Shown here: positions 18,740 to 29,167 of the stretch, piece after piece | Layout: each line of letters begins with the position of its first letter | Numbering within the stretch: position 1 is the stretch's first letter | Assembly (NCBI GenBank): GCA_017513865.1 | Contig: JAFWMN010000032.1 | Coordinates: forward strand, 16,678-80,677 | Direction: 5' to 3' | Length of the DNA stretch: 64,000 nucleotides | From: Bacilli bacterium | GTDB lineage: Bacteria > Bacillota_I > Bacilli_A > RF39 > UBA660 | Made by a program: the position numbers and the translations under genes | Notes under the pieces: generated by a model | Seen by the model: the letters and a program-made list of their open reading frames with translations, nothing else | Databases searched by the model: none | Told to the model about the DNA's origin: nothing

Positions 18740-19117
18740 TTGGAAATTAAAATAAATAAAGAAATAAGGGATTTTACTGAGAATGTTTATTTTGGTTTAT
18801 CACTAAGACAATTTATATGTACGTTACTAGCATGTTTAATGGCTATTATTATTTATTTTTCTTTGAAAAAGTATATAGGAATAGATATACTATCATGGCT
18901 TTGTATGATTGGAGCTTTTCCCTTTATCGCACTTGGGTTTATAAAATATAATGGTATGAATTTTGAAGAGTTAGTATTTGCTTTTGTAAAAAGTGAAATT
19001 TTAACTCCTAAACATTTATGTTTTAAGCCAGTAAACTTTTATAATGAACTAGTTAATAATAAAAAAGAAACGGAGGTTAAAAATGAAATTAGTAAACATA
19101 TTACCAAAAATAGATAA
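18740..19117 (+). CDS. PrgI/TcpE/Tn916-Orf17-like small membrane protein
   Basis: Two TM helices, about 125 aa. Immediately upstream of and overlapping the VirB4 ATPase gene, as in Tn916 and ICEBs1. Confidence 0.5.
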   Translation: MEIKINKEIRDFTENVYFGLSLRQFICTLLACLMAIIIYFSLKKYIGIDILSWLCMIGAFPFIALGFIKYNGMNFEELVFAFVKSEILTPKHLCFKPVNFYNELVNNKKETEVKNEISKHITKNR

Positions 19118-21422
19118 GGATGAGTTTGATATTCCTAAAAGTGTACAAGATACGATTCCTATTGAAAGTATATGGAAAGATGGAATTTTTAAAGTAGGAA
19201 ATAATAAATATTCAAAATGTTTCAAATTTACTGATATTAATTATGCTGTTGCTTCTAGAAACGATAAAGAAGCAATGTTTTTACATTATAGTGAAATATT
19301 GAATTCGTTTGACGCAGGTTGTCATACAAAAATAACTATTTTGAATAGAAAATTAAATAAACTAGATTTTGAAAATAATATATTATTGCCTCTTAATAAT
19401 GATAATTTAGATGAATATAGAAAAGAATATAATAATATGCTTTTAGATAAAGCTCTTGGTACTAATAGTTTTATGCAAGAAAAATTCTTAACTATAACAG
19501 TAGAGAAAAAAACAGTAGAAGAAGCTAGAAATTATTTTTCAAGAATAGGAGCAGAATTAAGTAATCACTTTATGGCTTTGGGTTCTAAGTTTATAGAACT
19601 TGATACTAACGATAGATTAAGACTATTACATGATTATTATCGAACAGGAGAAGAAGATAATTTTGAATTCGATATGTTAGATGACATGAAAAAAGGACAT
19701 AGTTTTAAAGACTATATATGTCCTGATTCTTTTAGTTTTAAAAAAGATTATTTTGAAATGGGAAGTAAATATGGAAGAGTTTTATTTTTAAAACATTATG
19801 CTACTTATATTCGTGATGATTTAGTAGCAGAAATTACTGATTTAAGTAGAAATATGATGCTTTCAGTTGATGTTTCACCAATCCAAATGGATGAAGCTAT
19901 TAGAGAAGTTGAAAATAGGAAATTAGGTGTTGAAACTAATATTACAAATTGGCAAAGAAGACAAAATAAAAACAATAATTTTAGTGCTGTTATTCCTTAT
20001 GATTTAGAGAAACAAAGAGAAGAAAGCAGAGAATTACTAGATGATTTAATAACACGTGATCAAAGATTATTTATGTGTGTTATAACAATGGTACAAGTTT
20101 CTGATAGTAAAGAAGAATTAGATGAAAGCACAGACAGTCTTCAAGCTATTGGAAGAAAGTATAATTGCCAGTTTGGAATATTAAATTATCAGCAAATGGA
20201 TGGACTTAATACAACTTTTCCAATAGGTGTTAGTAGAATTAATACACTAAGATCATTGACTACTGAATCTTTAGGAGCATTTATGCCATTTAACGTACAA
20301 GAGATAAATCATGAAAATGGAATATATTATGGTCAAAATGTAATAAGTAAAAATATGATAATTGCTGATAGAAGACAACTTTTAAACGGCAATTCTTTTA
20401 TTTTAGGTGTATCAGGTAGTGGTAAATCGTTTACAGCTAAGAATGAAATAATATCTATTGCTCTTAGAGAACCTAATGCCGATATTATTATCATTGACCC
20501 AGAAAAAGAATATCCAAATTTAGTTAAATCTTTAGGAGGAGAACATATTTATATATCAGCTACTAGTAACAATCATATAAACGCTATGGATATAAATAGT
20601 GAATATGGAGATGGAGCAAATCCTGTAATTTTAAAAAGTGAGTTTATACTATCTCTTTGTGAGCATTTAATAGGTGGTTCTAATTTAGGACCAAAAGAAA
20701 AGTCTATTATAGATAGATGTACAGCTAGAGTATATAGAATTTATCAGCAAGGTAATTATCAAGGAGTACCACCAACACTTCAAGATTTTAGGGAAGAACT
20801 TTTAAAACAACCAGAACCTGAGGCAAAACAAATCGCCCTTGCAATTGAACTATTTACAGATGGTTCATTAAATACATTTGCTAAAAATACAAATGTTAAT
20901 ACTCATAGTAGAATTATTTGTTATGACATTTTAGATTTAGGTAAACAATTACTTCCAATAGGAATGCTTGTGGTACTAGACAGTATTTTAAATAGAATTA
21001 CGATGAATAGAGCAAAAGGAAGAAATACTTATATTTTTATTGATGAAATATATTTATTGTTCCAGCATGAGTATTCTGCAAACTTTTTATTTACTCTTTG
21101 GAAAAGAGTCAGAAAGTATGGAGCTTATGCAACAGGAATAACTCAAAATGTAGATGATTTATTACAATCACATACAGCAAGGACTATGCTTGCAAACTCA
21201 GAATTTATTGTTATGTTAAATCAAGCAAGTACAGATAGATTAGAACTTGGTAAATTACTTTCTATATCTGATTTACAGATGAATTATATTACTAATGTAG
21301 GAGCTGGAGAAGGCCTTCTTAAAGTAGGAAGTAATTTAGTACCTTTTATAAATCATTTTCCAACAAATTTAAAACTATATAAACTAATGAGTACTAAATT
21401 TGGTGAAGATGACAAAAATTAA
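19083..21422 (+). CDS. VirB4-like conjugative ATPase (Tn916 Orf16 / TcpF / ConE family)
   Basis: 779 aa. Walker A GVSGSGKS, Walker B IIIIDPEKE and the characteristic N-terminus IPIESIWKDGIF. Confidence 0.85.
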   Translation: MKLVNILPKIDKDEFDIPKSVQDTIPIESIWKDGIFKVGNNKYSKCFKFTDINYAVASRNDKEAMFLHYSEILNSFDAGCHTKITILNRKLNKLDFENNILLPLNNDNLDEYRKEYNNMLLDKALGTNSFMQEKFLTITVEKKTVEEARNYFSRIGAELSNHFMALGSKFIELDTNDRLRLLHDYYRTGEEDNFEFDMLDDMKKGHSFKDYICPDSFSFKKDYFEMGSKYGRVLFLKHYATYIRDDLVAEITDLSRNMMLSVDVSPIQMDEAIREVENRKLGVETNITNWQRRQNKNNNFSAVIPYDLEKQREESRELLDDLITRDQRLFMCVITMVQVSDSKEELDESTDSLQAIGRKYNCQFGILNYQQMDGLNTTFPIGVSRINTLRSLTTESLGAFMPFNVQEINHENGIYYGQNVISKNMIIADRRQLLNGNSFILGVSGSGKSFTAKNEIISIALREPNADIIIIDPEKEYPNLVKSLGGEHIYISATSNNHINAMDINSEYGDGANPVILKSEFILSLCEHLIGGSNLGPKEKSIIDRCTARVYRIYQQGNYQGVPPTLQDFREELLKQPEPEAKQIALAIELFTDGSLNTFAKNTNVNTHSRIICYDILDLGKQLLPIGMLVVLDSILNRITMNRAKGRNTYIFIDEIYLLFQHEYSANFLFTLWKRVRKYGAYATGITQNVDDLLQSHTARTMLANSEFIVMLNQASTDRLELGKLLSISDLQMNYITNVGAGEGLLKVGSNLVPFINHFPTNLKLYKLMSTKFGEDDKN

Positions 21423-22887
21423 AGTAAAAGATGTTGCAAAAGGCGGAATTAAAACATTAAACAAAGCTGCTCATTTATCAGAAAAAATTTTAGATGTTGG
21501 TGTAAAAGGTAAAGATAATAGTATTACAGATTATGGTGACGAAAAAATAAAAAATACCATTAGGAAAACTACCAATGAAATAAAAGAGATAGCTATAAAA
21601 GAATTTAAAAAGAAACCTGATAAATATGAAATCAAAACAAAAGAGTTTAAGAAAAAAGATGTCATTAAAAAAGCAAAAAAAGAAATAAAAAAATCAGAAA
21701 GAAGAATTCAAAATAGTAAAAAAGTTCTAAATACTGCCAAAAGAACATATGAAGCAGGTAAAAGACTTGCGATTGAATCTGCTAAAAAATTAGTAGAGGG
21801 GGCAAAAGCTACTGCGAAGTTTATTGCTTCCTCAATTAAAGCTTTGGCAAGAGCAACAGAGGCACTTATAGAATTTTTAGTCGCAGGTGGCTGGATAGTA
21901 CTTGTAATTTTGCTTGTAATTCTTTTAGTAGGTATGCTTTTCAGTTCTGTGTTTGGTATATTCTTTTCTAGTGAAAAACTAGATAAAAATAATGTTCCTA
22001 TGAGTGAAATTGTAAGTGAACTTAATAATGAACTTGCGAGTAAAATAACTGAAATTCAAAATTCCAATCCTCATGATGATTATATAATTGAATCAGATAG
22101 AGCAGATTGGAAAGATATTTTAAGTGTATATGCCGTAAAACTTTCTAATGGAAAAAATGAGACAGAAGTAGTAACAATGAATGAAGAAAAGAAAAAACTA
22201 TTAAAACAAGTATTTTGGGATATGAATGTTTTAACATATGAAGTAAAGGATGAAATGACATATGAGGATATGACTGACAAAACAGGGCCATCAAAACAAG
22301 TTAATAAAAAAGTTCTTCATATTAAAATAACCCCTAAAACTATTACGGATATGCAAGTTCAATATAATTTCTCACCTTTGCAAATAAAACAGTTAAATGA
22401 AATATCTGATAAAAAGTTTATTAGTTTATGGACTAAAGCAATTTATGGAAGCAGTACAGGAGATTCAGATATTGTTAAAATTGCCCTAAGTCAAATCGGA
22501 AATGTAGGTGGAGATCCTTATTGGTCTTGGTATGGTTTTCCATCTAGAGTAGAATGGTGTGCTTGTTTTGTTTCATGGGTAGCAAATCAAGCAGGATATA
22601 TTAAAGCGAATATAATACCTAAATTTGCAAGTTGTCAGAATGGAGCTGATTGGTTTAAAGCTATGGGAGAATGGAAAGATAGAGGATATATTCCTAAATC
22701 AGGAGAAATAATATTCTTCGATTGGAATGGTGATGGCTGGGCTAATCATGTTGGAATTGTAGAGAGAACAGATAGTAATTATATATATACAGTTGAAGGT
22801 AATTCAGGTGATAGATGTAAACAAATGAAATATCCTATTAATAGTAAAGATATATTAGGTTTTGGAACACCTCTATACACAAATTGA
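21400..22887 (+). CDS. Membrane-anchored cell-wall hydrolase with a C-terminal CHAP domain (Orf14/TcpG/CwlT-like)
   Basis: Lys-rich N-terminus, TM helix, and a C-terminal CHAP domain with catalytic Cys in VEWCACFVSW and His in WANHVGIV. Confidence 0.75.
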   Translation: MVKMTKIKVKDVAKGGIKTLNKAAHLSEKILDVGVKGKDNSITDYGDEKIKNTIRKTTNEIKEIAIKEFKKKPDKYEIKTKEFKKKDVIKKAKKEIKKSERRIQNSKKVLNTAKRTYEAGKRLAIESAKKLVEGAKATAKFIASSIKALARATEALIEFLVAGGWIVLVILLVILLVGMLFSSVFGIFFSSEKLDKNNVPMSEIVSELNNELASKITEIQNSNPHDDYIIESDRADWKDILSVYAVKLSNGKNETEVVTMNEEKKKLLKQVFWDMNVLTYEVKDEMTYEDMTDKTGPSKQVNKKVLHIKITPKTITDMQVQYNFSPLQIKQLNEISDKKFISLWTKAIYGSSTGDSDIVKIALSQIGNVGGDPYWSWYGFPSRVEWCACFVSWVANQAGYIKANIIPKFASCQNGADWFKAMGEWKDRGYIPKSGEIIFFDWNGDGWANHVGIVERTDSNYIYTVEGNSGDRCKQMKYPINSKDILGFGTPLYTN

Positions 22888-22913
22888 TCGTCCTTTGGGA
22901 CGATCTTTTTTTT
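22886..22913. terminator. Bidirectional Rho-independent terminator (GATCGTCC tttg GGACGATC followed by T9)
   Basis: Perfect 8-bp stem between convergent genes. Confidence 0.6.
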
Positions 22914-22914
22914 G

Positions 22915-23193
22915 TTATCTATTATTATATTTATTTCTAAAATGATTTAATTCATTTTTTTCATATTCTAATTTTTCCTCAAAGTAATTTATTTTTTCTG
23001 TAATATTATCTAATTCTTCTTTCCACAAATTGTATTTCTTTTTAAATATTTTAAGTGGCTTATAATTTAATTGTATTTCTTTTTGCTTCTTCCAGTGATT
23101 TAAACTGATATTAATACTTTTTAATATTAAATTACTTTGTTTTAATTCAATTAAATATAATTTGTCTATTTCTTTTTGATAGTCTGCTTTCAT
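22915..23193 (-). CDS. Small coiled-coil hypothetical protein (92 aa)
   Basis: The only credible minus-strand ORF inside the element. Convergent with the T4SS operon. Confidence 0.4.
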   Translation of the reverse strand: MKADYQKEIDKLYLIELKQSNLILKSINISLNHWKKQKEIQLNYKPLKIFKKKYNLWKEELDNITEKINYFEEKLEYEKNELNHFRNKYNNR

Positions 23194-23298
23194 ATAGCAC
23201 TCCTTTTTTAATTGATTATATCACATTTCTAATCTATACGTCAGACATACGAGGTTAAAATTGATTTAAATGGGAAAATTATTATAGGTGATAGTAGT

Positions 23299-23751
23299 AT
23301 GATTGATAATAATTTAAAATGGTGCAGAGAAGAGCTAGATATGACACAAGAGGAACTAGGATATATATTTGGTGTTAGCAGAAAAACCGTTTCTGGTTGG
23401 GAAACTGCAAATAATCCAATTCCACTTAAAAAGTTGGTTAAGCTATGTAATACATATGATTTTTCAGCAGATTATGCTGTTGGCTTCACTAGAAGAAATA
23501 ATAAATACGGAACACAAATAAAAATAGATAAAAAGGAAATTGGATTAAGAATTAAGAAAGTGCGAAAAAAAATGAATTTATCTCAAGCTAAATTTGCCGA
23601 AAAAATCGGCATTTCCCAAACAACTTATAGTCATTATGAAACAGGATTATATTTAATTACCACGATATCTGCTTATTATATTTGCAAGACATATAATATT
23701 TCTATGGATTATATACTTGGAAGAATAAATAATATTTATAGAAATAAGTGA
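23299..23751 (+). CDS. Tandem (double) XRE-type HTH regulator
   Basis: Two HTH units: LDMTQEELGYIFGVSRKTVSGWE and MNLSQAKFAEKIGISQTTYSHYE. Confidence 0.6.
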   Translation: MIDNNLKWCREELDMTQEELGYIFGVSRKTVSGWETANNPIPLKKLVKLCNTYDFSADYAVGFTRRNNKYGTQIKIDKKEIGLRIKKVRKKMNLSQAKFAEKIGISQTTYSHYETGLYLITTISAYYICKTYNISMDYILGRINNIYRNK

Positions 23752-23827
23752 TATAATAGAAATGTATTCGAAAGAATACGAACCATTTAACTTTGCATCT
23801 CCCACGCTCTTACAAAGAGATGCAATA

Positions 23828-23867
23828 AGGAATAGCTATTTGTTAACAATGCTATTCCTTTTTCTTT
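23828..23867 (+). terminator. Rho-independent terminator (AGGAATAGC N14 GCTATTCCT followed by a T-run)
   Basis: 9-bp stem read from the sequence. Confidence 0.45.
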
Positions 23868-24007
23868 ATATTTGATATATGAAACATTAATAGGTGTTAA
23901 ATGTATAAAATATTGTTTTTATTATATGTTGTAATATATTCAAGATTCGTGTTTGACTAAATTATAAAAAAAGCGTATTATATACATCAATTCAAGGGGT
24001 GAATGCA

Positions 24008-24889
24008 ATGAAAGAAGCAAGAAATGACATACAATTACTTTATGACTTTTGGGTTGTTGCTAGAGAAGGAAAATTAAATGTTGCTGCTAATATTCTAGAT
24101 TTAACATCATCAAACTTAAGTAAAAGAATATCTACTTTGGAAGGGTTGATGAATCAAACTTTAATGATTAGAGATAATAAAGGAATAAAACTAACTTTAC
24201 AAGGTAAACAATTATTTAAAAAAATAGAATCTGAAATGGCTAATCTTACCTCTATTTATGGTAAAGCTGATACAAAAGGATCTTTAATCATTGGCACAAC
24301 AAGAAATATTGCTGATAATTATCTCGCAACCTATTTGACAATTTTTAAAAAAAAATATCCTAATGTTTTTATAAAAATTATTACAGATAATGCTTCTAAT
24401 TTAAATACATATTTAACAGAACATAAAATAGATATTTTAATCGATTATTTTCCACAAATAAATTTTACAGAAAAATATGATTTTGAAACTAAATCTTTAA
24501 ATGAATTTAAAACTTGTTTTGCCTGTAGTAAAGATTTTTACATGAAGAATGGAAAATATATTGAAAGTTTGAAAGAATTAAACAATTATAATTTAGTTAT
24601 ACCAGGTAGTTCTCGTAGACGACAAATGTTGGATGAAATACTTCAAAAAAATAACATTCAACTGAATCCCAAAATAGAAATGCCAGATTCAAAATTAATG
24701 ATTAATTTTGTTGAAAGAACAGAAGATTATATTGGATATTTTATTGAAAATGAATTAGCAGGGACTAATTTAATCAAATTAAAGATTAAAGAAAATCTTC
24801 CATCGAATTCCTTTGGAATAGTTTATTTGAAAAACTTTAATTCTAATTATAATGTGAAAAAATTTGTTGAGTTAATATATGATAATTAA
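24008..24889 (+). CDS. LysR-type transcriptional regulator
   Basis: N-terminal wHTH (LLYDFWVVAREGKLNVAANILDLTSSNLSKRISTLE) followed by a substrate-binding-domain-sized C-terminus. ATG at 24008 follows an AAGGGGTG RBS. Confidence 0.6.
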   Translation: MKEARNDIQLLYDFWVVAREGKLNVAANILDLTSSNLSKRISTLEGLMNQTLMIRDNKGIKLTLQGKQLFKKIESEMANLTSIYGKADTKGSLIIGTTRNIADNYLATYLTIFKKKYPNVFIKIITDNASNLNTYLTEHKIDILIDYFPQINFTEKYDFETKSLNEFKTCFACSKDFYMKNGKYIESLKELNNYNLVIPGSSRRRQMLDEILQKNNIQLNPKIEMPDSKLMINFVERTEDYIGYFIENELAGTNLIKLKIKENLPSNSFGIVYLKNFNSNYNVKKFVELIYDN

Positions 24890-25061
24890 CTCTTTTTTAT
24901 TTTGTATGTTATAATTTACAATAGACATGAATTAATTTTACATATCTCATCAAAAAATGAGACTACTATAATTAATGAAGAGAATATTTCTTTTTAGAGA
25001 AGCAGACATTTATAATTTTTCTTCTAAAGAAATAAAATCGCAAAAAAAATAGAGGGATAAT

Positions 25062-25625
25062 ATGAAAGTATTCAAAATAATTACTGATGAAGATTTCGGC
25101 TTAAAAATGAAGAAAATTACCAATCCAAGAATTAGATTTGGTGCTCGCGGAATTATAATTAATAAAAACAATGAAATTGGATTATTATATAAGGAAAAGA
25201 AAAAAGAGTATAAATTGATTGGTGGTGGGGTAAAAAAAGGTGAAACTTATGAAAATGCTTTTATACGAGAGGCTAGAGAGGAAGCAGGATGCCTAATAAA
25301 TATAGACAAAAAGATAGGAATTATTAAAGAAATCAAAACTCACGATAATTTTATTCAGGAATCAGAAGTATTTATAGCACATGTTGTTAGAGATAAAATG
25401 AAATTAGAGTTAACGGAAAAGGAAATTGGCGAAGGTTCTAAATGTATATGGGTGAAAATTGATAAAGCCATTGAGTTGATTAGAAATTCTGAAAAAGAAA
25501 TAATAGCATCTAAATATGACGGAGAAAAGAGTATTTATCATACAATGTTTATAGTTAGAAGAGATGCTGAAATATTAAAATACTATATAAAGAATTGTAA
25601 TATAATAACACATAAGTTATATTGA
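25062..25625 (+). CDS. NUDIX hydrolase
   Basis: Nudix box GGGVKKGETYENAFIREAREEAGC. Confidence 0.7.
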   Translation: MKVFKIITDEDFGLKMKKITNPRIRFGARGIIINKNNEIGLLYKEKKKEYKLIGGGVKKGETYENAFIREAREEAGCLINIDKKIGIIKEIKTHDNFIQESEVFIAHVVRDKMKLELTEKEIGEGSKCIWVKIDKAIELIRNSEKEIIASKYDGEKSIYHTMFIVRRDAEILKYYIKNCNIITHKLY

Positions 25626-25716
25626 ATTTCAGTAAACATATATTGTAAAATTAATAATTTACAAATATTGAAAAGTCCTTATAATAAAAGATAAATATTA
25701 AAAAAGGAGGACTTTT

Positions 25717-27543
25717 ATGGTAGATGATAAATATATTATTAACGCAATTAATAATCATTGTAATATAGAACATAAGAAAAATAAGATATCTGTAGCTTTA
25801 ATAGGATTAGGACCACATGCCAAAAGAATTTATTTGAATTTCTTTAAAAAATATAAAATTAATCTCACTTTATTAGTGGATTTGACATCTAAAAAAAGTA
25901 ACATAAGAAAATATCTAGACGATAAAGGATTTAATAAGACTAGAATATTTACAATAGATGATTCAATTAAAGACTTAGATCATCTACCAAAAGAAATTTT
26001 TAGTAATCTACGTGCCATATGCGATATATTAGAAATTACACACATTGTGATTGCAACTGAACCAAAAGCTCATAACATGTATTTAGAATTTGCATTAAAA
26101 AACAATATAGACGTTTTAACTGATAAGCCAATAACAGTTACGAAGAATATGACCAATTTTAATAGTATAAATAAGATTAGAAAACAATATTATCATATAT
26201 ATAAATTGGCAGAGCATTCTAATGCACTATGCAAAGTCATGTGTCAAAGACAATATCATAAAGGTTATGAATATATTAAAGAAGTCTTGTCAGATGTTGT
26301 TAAAAAATATCAAATTCCAATAACTTATATAGATATTTACCATTGTGATGGAAACTGGGAAATGCCACATGATTTATTAAAAGAGAATCATCCTTACAAG
26401 TATGGATATGGAAAATTATTTCATAGTGGCTATCATTTTATTGATTTATTAAGTGATCTTATAAAAATAAATAATCAACTTCCACAGTCAAAAAAAATTA
26501 CAAAAGGTGAAATATATAGCAACTGTTTTACACCAAATGATGAACTTGCAGTCTTTAATATAAAAGATTATAAACGTATATTTAAAAACCAAAAAATCCC
26601 CGAATATTATAAAATTAACACTAATCCTAAATTTAACAAATTTGGTGAGAAAAATTTTTATGGATTATTAAAATTTACAAATTCTCACAATCAAACCATA
26701 ACTAATGTTGATTTGAATCTACTTCATTATGGATTTTCAAGAAGAGGGTGGATAGAGAGCAGAGATTTTTATAAAAAAAATGGAAGAATTAGACATGAAC
26801 AGATTAATATACAAGTAGGGACACTTATGAATATTCAAATTCATAGCTACCAGTCTAAGCAAATAGAAGATAGAAGTAGTGATAATTTATCAGAAGAACA
26901 GGTTGGTGGATTAGAGCATTTTGATATAGATATATATAGAAATATCGATATAATTGGTGGAAAGCCATATGAACGAATAACTCTTGGAAATTTATACACT
27001 GATAGTGAAAAGAAAAATATGCTTGGCTATAATGAACTAGCAAGAGAAACATATTTAACTAATTTCTTCAGTAGAAAGTGCGAAAAAGGCGATATAAAGG
27101 ATCAGGCCCTAGCTATTGAAATTTTATATAGCTGTGCAATGGGAATAAAAAATTATTATAATAATGTTAAAAAGCCAGAAAAAATACGTGTTAGAAATAA
27201 GTACACATATCCGATAAAGCTAAAAGAATTAAAAAAGCACATATCAAAAGATAATATTAATGAAGAAAAAAAAATATTAAAATATTATAAAATAGAAGAC
27301 GATGAATATGCTTATGGATCAACTTTAGCTTATTTGAATAATAAAAAAAGCTATGAAGCGTACTTGCATATTTCTGATGACGATGATACTGCAAGTGGCT
27401 TATTCTATAAAGAAATAAAAAATAAATTTTTGGCATATATCTATTATTACATCATATGCATTTTGGCTTACAAAAAAAATATAAAAAAGATAAGTGATTT
27501 ATTAGATAAGACAACGATTGAACAAAATTTGCACAAACAATGA
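25717..27543 (+). CDS. Large hypothetical protein (608 aa) with an N-terminal Rossmann-like (Gfo/Idh/MocA-type) fold
   Basis: ISVALIGLGPHAKRIY dinucleotide-binding-like motif and ...DVLTDKPIT. The rest is unrecognised. Confidence 0.4.
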   Translation: MVDDKYIINAINNHCNIEHKKNKISVALIGLGPHAKRIYLNFFKKYKINLTLLVDLTSKKSNIRKYLDDKGFNKTRIFTIDDSIKDLDHLPKEIFSNLRAICDILEITHIVIATEPKAHNMYLEFALKNNIDVLTDKPITVTKNMTNFNSINKIRKQYYHIYKLAEHSNALCKVMCQRQYHKGYEYIKEVLSDVVKKYQIPITYIDIYHCDGNWEMPHDLLKENHPYKYGYGKLFHSGYHFIDLLSDLIKINNQLPQSKKITKGEIYSNCFTPNDELAVFNIKDYKRIFKNQKIPEYYKINTNPKFNKFGEKNFYGLLKFTNSHNQTITNVDLNLLHYGFSRRGWIESRDFYKKNGRIRHEQINIQVGTLMNIQIHSYQSKQIEDRSSDNLSEEQVGGLEHFDIDIYRNIDIIGGKPYERITLGNLYTDSEKKNMLGYNELARETYLTNFFSRKCEKGDIKDQALAIEILYSCAMGIKNYYNNVKKPEKIRVRNKYTYPIKLKELKKHISKDNINEEKKILKYYKIEDDEYAYGSTLAYLNNKKSYEAYLHISDDDDTASGLFYKEIKNKFLAYIYYYIICILAYKKNIKKISDLLDKTTIEQNLHKQ

Positions 27544-27783
27544 ACAAATAATATGAAAATAATGAAATAATTATATACAATTAAATATATTGAACGTGAA
27601 AAATATATTCGTATAATATTGTATGATGAGTCATTTTTACAAAGAATGACTCTTTTTTTATTTCCAATTTTTTCAAACAAACTATTGACTAAACATGCAA
27701 TATTTATTAGAATAAATAACAAATTTTTACTATGAGAGAGTTTTCCTAGACTATCATTAAGCTATGAATGTCTCTCACAAATA

Positions 27784-27846
27784 TTGTATGTAGTATGTTG
27801 TATGTTGTATGTTGTAAGTTGTATGTTGTAAGTTGTAAGTTGTAAT
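27784..27846. repeat. Heptanucleotide tandem repeat (TTGTAWG), about 9 units, immediately upstream of the 27871 ORF
   Basis: ttgtatg tagtatg ttgtatg ttgtatg ttgtaag ttgtatg ttgtaag ttgtaag ttgtaat, read directly. Confidence 0.8.
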
Positions 27847-27870
27847 TTTAGAAAGGTTAGGCGAATCTAA

Positions 27871-28407
27871 ATGGAAGATATACTTACATTAGATAAAATA
27901 TTTAGTTTGCCAAATACGATATTACATAATTCAGAATTGTTAAATGAATATACAAAAATGCTTGATGAAGATTATTATAATAAGTTTAATATTGCTGAGA
28001 TTAAATTAGATTTGGATCAGTTCTTCAAGAAATTTAATAATCTTAAATATACATATAGATATAATATTTCGACTGGTAATAAAGTAATTTCAAATTATGA
28101 TTTTGGCTCTGTAATTAATTCGTATATAAAAAGTGATAAAACAGCAGTATTGGCATGTAATATTATTGATAGTACTGCATTATTAAATGAGATATCTAAT
28201 GCAATGATTAACTTGTCTAATAAATTAACAATTGAAGAAGCAGTCTATTTCGTAAATGAATTTTTTGGGAATCTTTCTGAAACTAAAATTGCTGACAATT
28301 TAAGGATATGCAGAAATACTTTACAAAAAATTAAGAAAAGTTGTTTGGTAAAAACATGGTTTGAATTAAAACCTTATTTAGATGAATTAGAAAAATTAAA
28401 TGAGTGA
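27871..28407 (+). CDS. Hypothetical protein (178 aa)
   Basis: ORF with a GAAAGG RBS, followed by a hairpin and T-run. Confidence 0.4.
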   Translation: MEDILTLDKIFSLPNTILHNSELLNEYTKMLDEDYYNKFNIAEIKLDLDQFFKKFNNLKYTYRYNISTGNKVISNYDFGSVINSYIKSDKTAVLACNIIDSTALLNEISNAMINLSNKLTIEEAVYFVNEFFGNLSETKIADNLRICRNTLQKIKKSCLVKTWFELKPYLDELEKLNE

Positions 28408-28503
28408 CTTAGCACTCTTTTTTTTTGAAAAAATTGGAAGTAAGTAAAAACAGAAAATCAGTGGTGACTGTCTATGCGTACTTTACAATTAAAAATATAT
28501 CAT

Positions 28504-28540
28504 AGAGAAGAATTATATATAATGTTCTTCTCTTTTTTTT
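28504..28540 (+). terminator. Rho-independent terminator (AGAGAAGAA N12 TTCTTCTCT followed by T8)
   Basis: 9-bp stem read from the sequence. Confidence 0.45.
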
Positions 28541-28610
28541 ATGGTTTCATTAACTCTCGTGCTCCTCCTTATAAAGCAAAAATTTTAACAAAAAAAATAG
28601 GAGGTAAAAT

Positions 28611-29078
28611 ATGAATGCAAATCCAAAAAGAAGAAAATATAGAGATAATCCTTATACATTAATGAATAATGAAGATGAATTTTGTATATTATTTATTGAT
28701 TCATCTAATAATGTTCAGATAATAGAGGTCCCAGAATTTGTTTATGATACTTTCAATCTTTTCGAACTTGAAGATCTTTCTCAAATGAATGAATATGATA
28801 GACACATCGAACATATGAGTTTTGATGACATTTCCTTTAGTAAAATTACAAATAAACAAAAAAGTTTAGAAGATGAAGTAATCAATAAAATTTTATGTGA
28901 CACTCTAAAAAAAGAAATATCGAAATTACCAGAAATACAGAAACGTAGACTTGTTATGTATTTTTTTAATGATATGAAATTAAAAGATATAGCACTTCTT
29001 GAAAATTGTTCCCCTAGAGCTGTAAAGTCAAGTATAGATATCTCTATTTCAAAATTAAAAAAAATATTAAAATATTAA
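28611..29078 (+). CDS. Sigma-70 region-4-like regulator (Tn916 Orf7-like / small sigma-like factor), copy A
   Basis: C-terminal PEIQKRRLVMYFFNDMKLKDIALLENCSPRAVKSSIDISISKLKK matches the region-4 HTH. Paralog of the 41859..42317 gene. Confidence 0.55.
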   Translation: MNANPKRRKYRDNPYTLMNNEDEFCILFIDSSNNVQIIEVPEFVYDTFNLFELEDLSQMNEYDRHIEHMSFDDISFSKITNKQKSLEDEVINKILCDTLKKEISKLPEIQKRRLVMYFFNDMKLKDIALLENCSPRAVKSSIDISISKLKKILKY

Positions 29079-29109
29079 AAATTAGACTTCAAAAAATAAG
29101 TATAAGTGA

Positions 29110-29158
29110 GGAATATAATGAAGGAGTTTTTTCTCTTTCATTATATTCCATTTTTTTA
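29110..29158 (+). terminator. Strong Rho-independent terminator (13-bp stem GGAATATAATGAA/TTCATTATATTCC followed by T7)
   Basis: Read directly from the sequence. Confidence 0.6.
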
Positions 29159-29167
29159 TGGAATTAA

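Noticed and set aside
27784-27846. Considered a CRISPR-like or minisatellite array
   Set aside because: The units are 7 bp with no spacers, so this is a simple tandem repeat. No CRISPR repeats or cas genes are present in the window.
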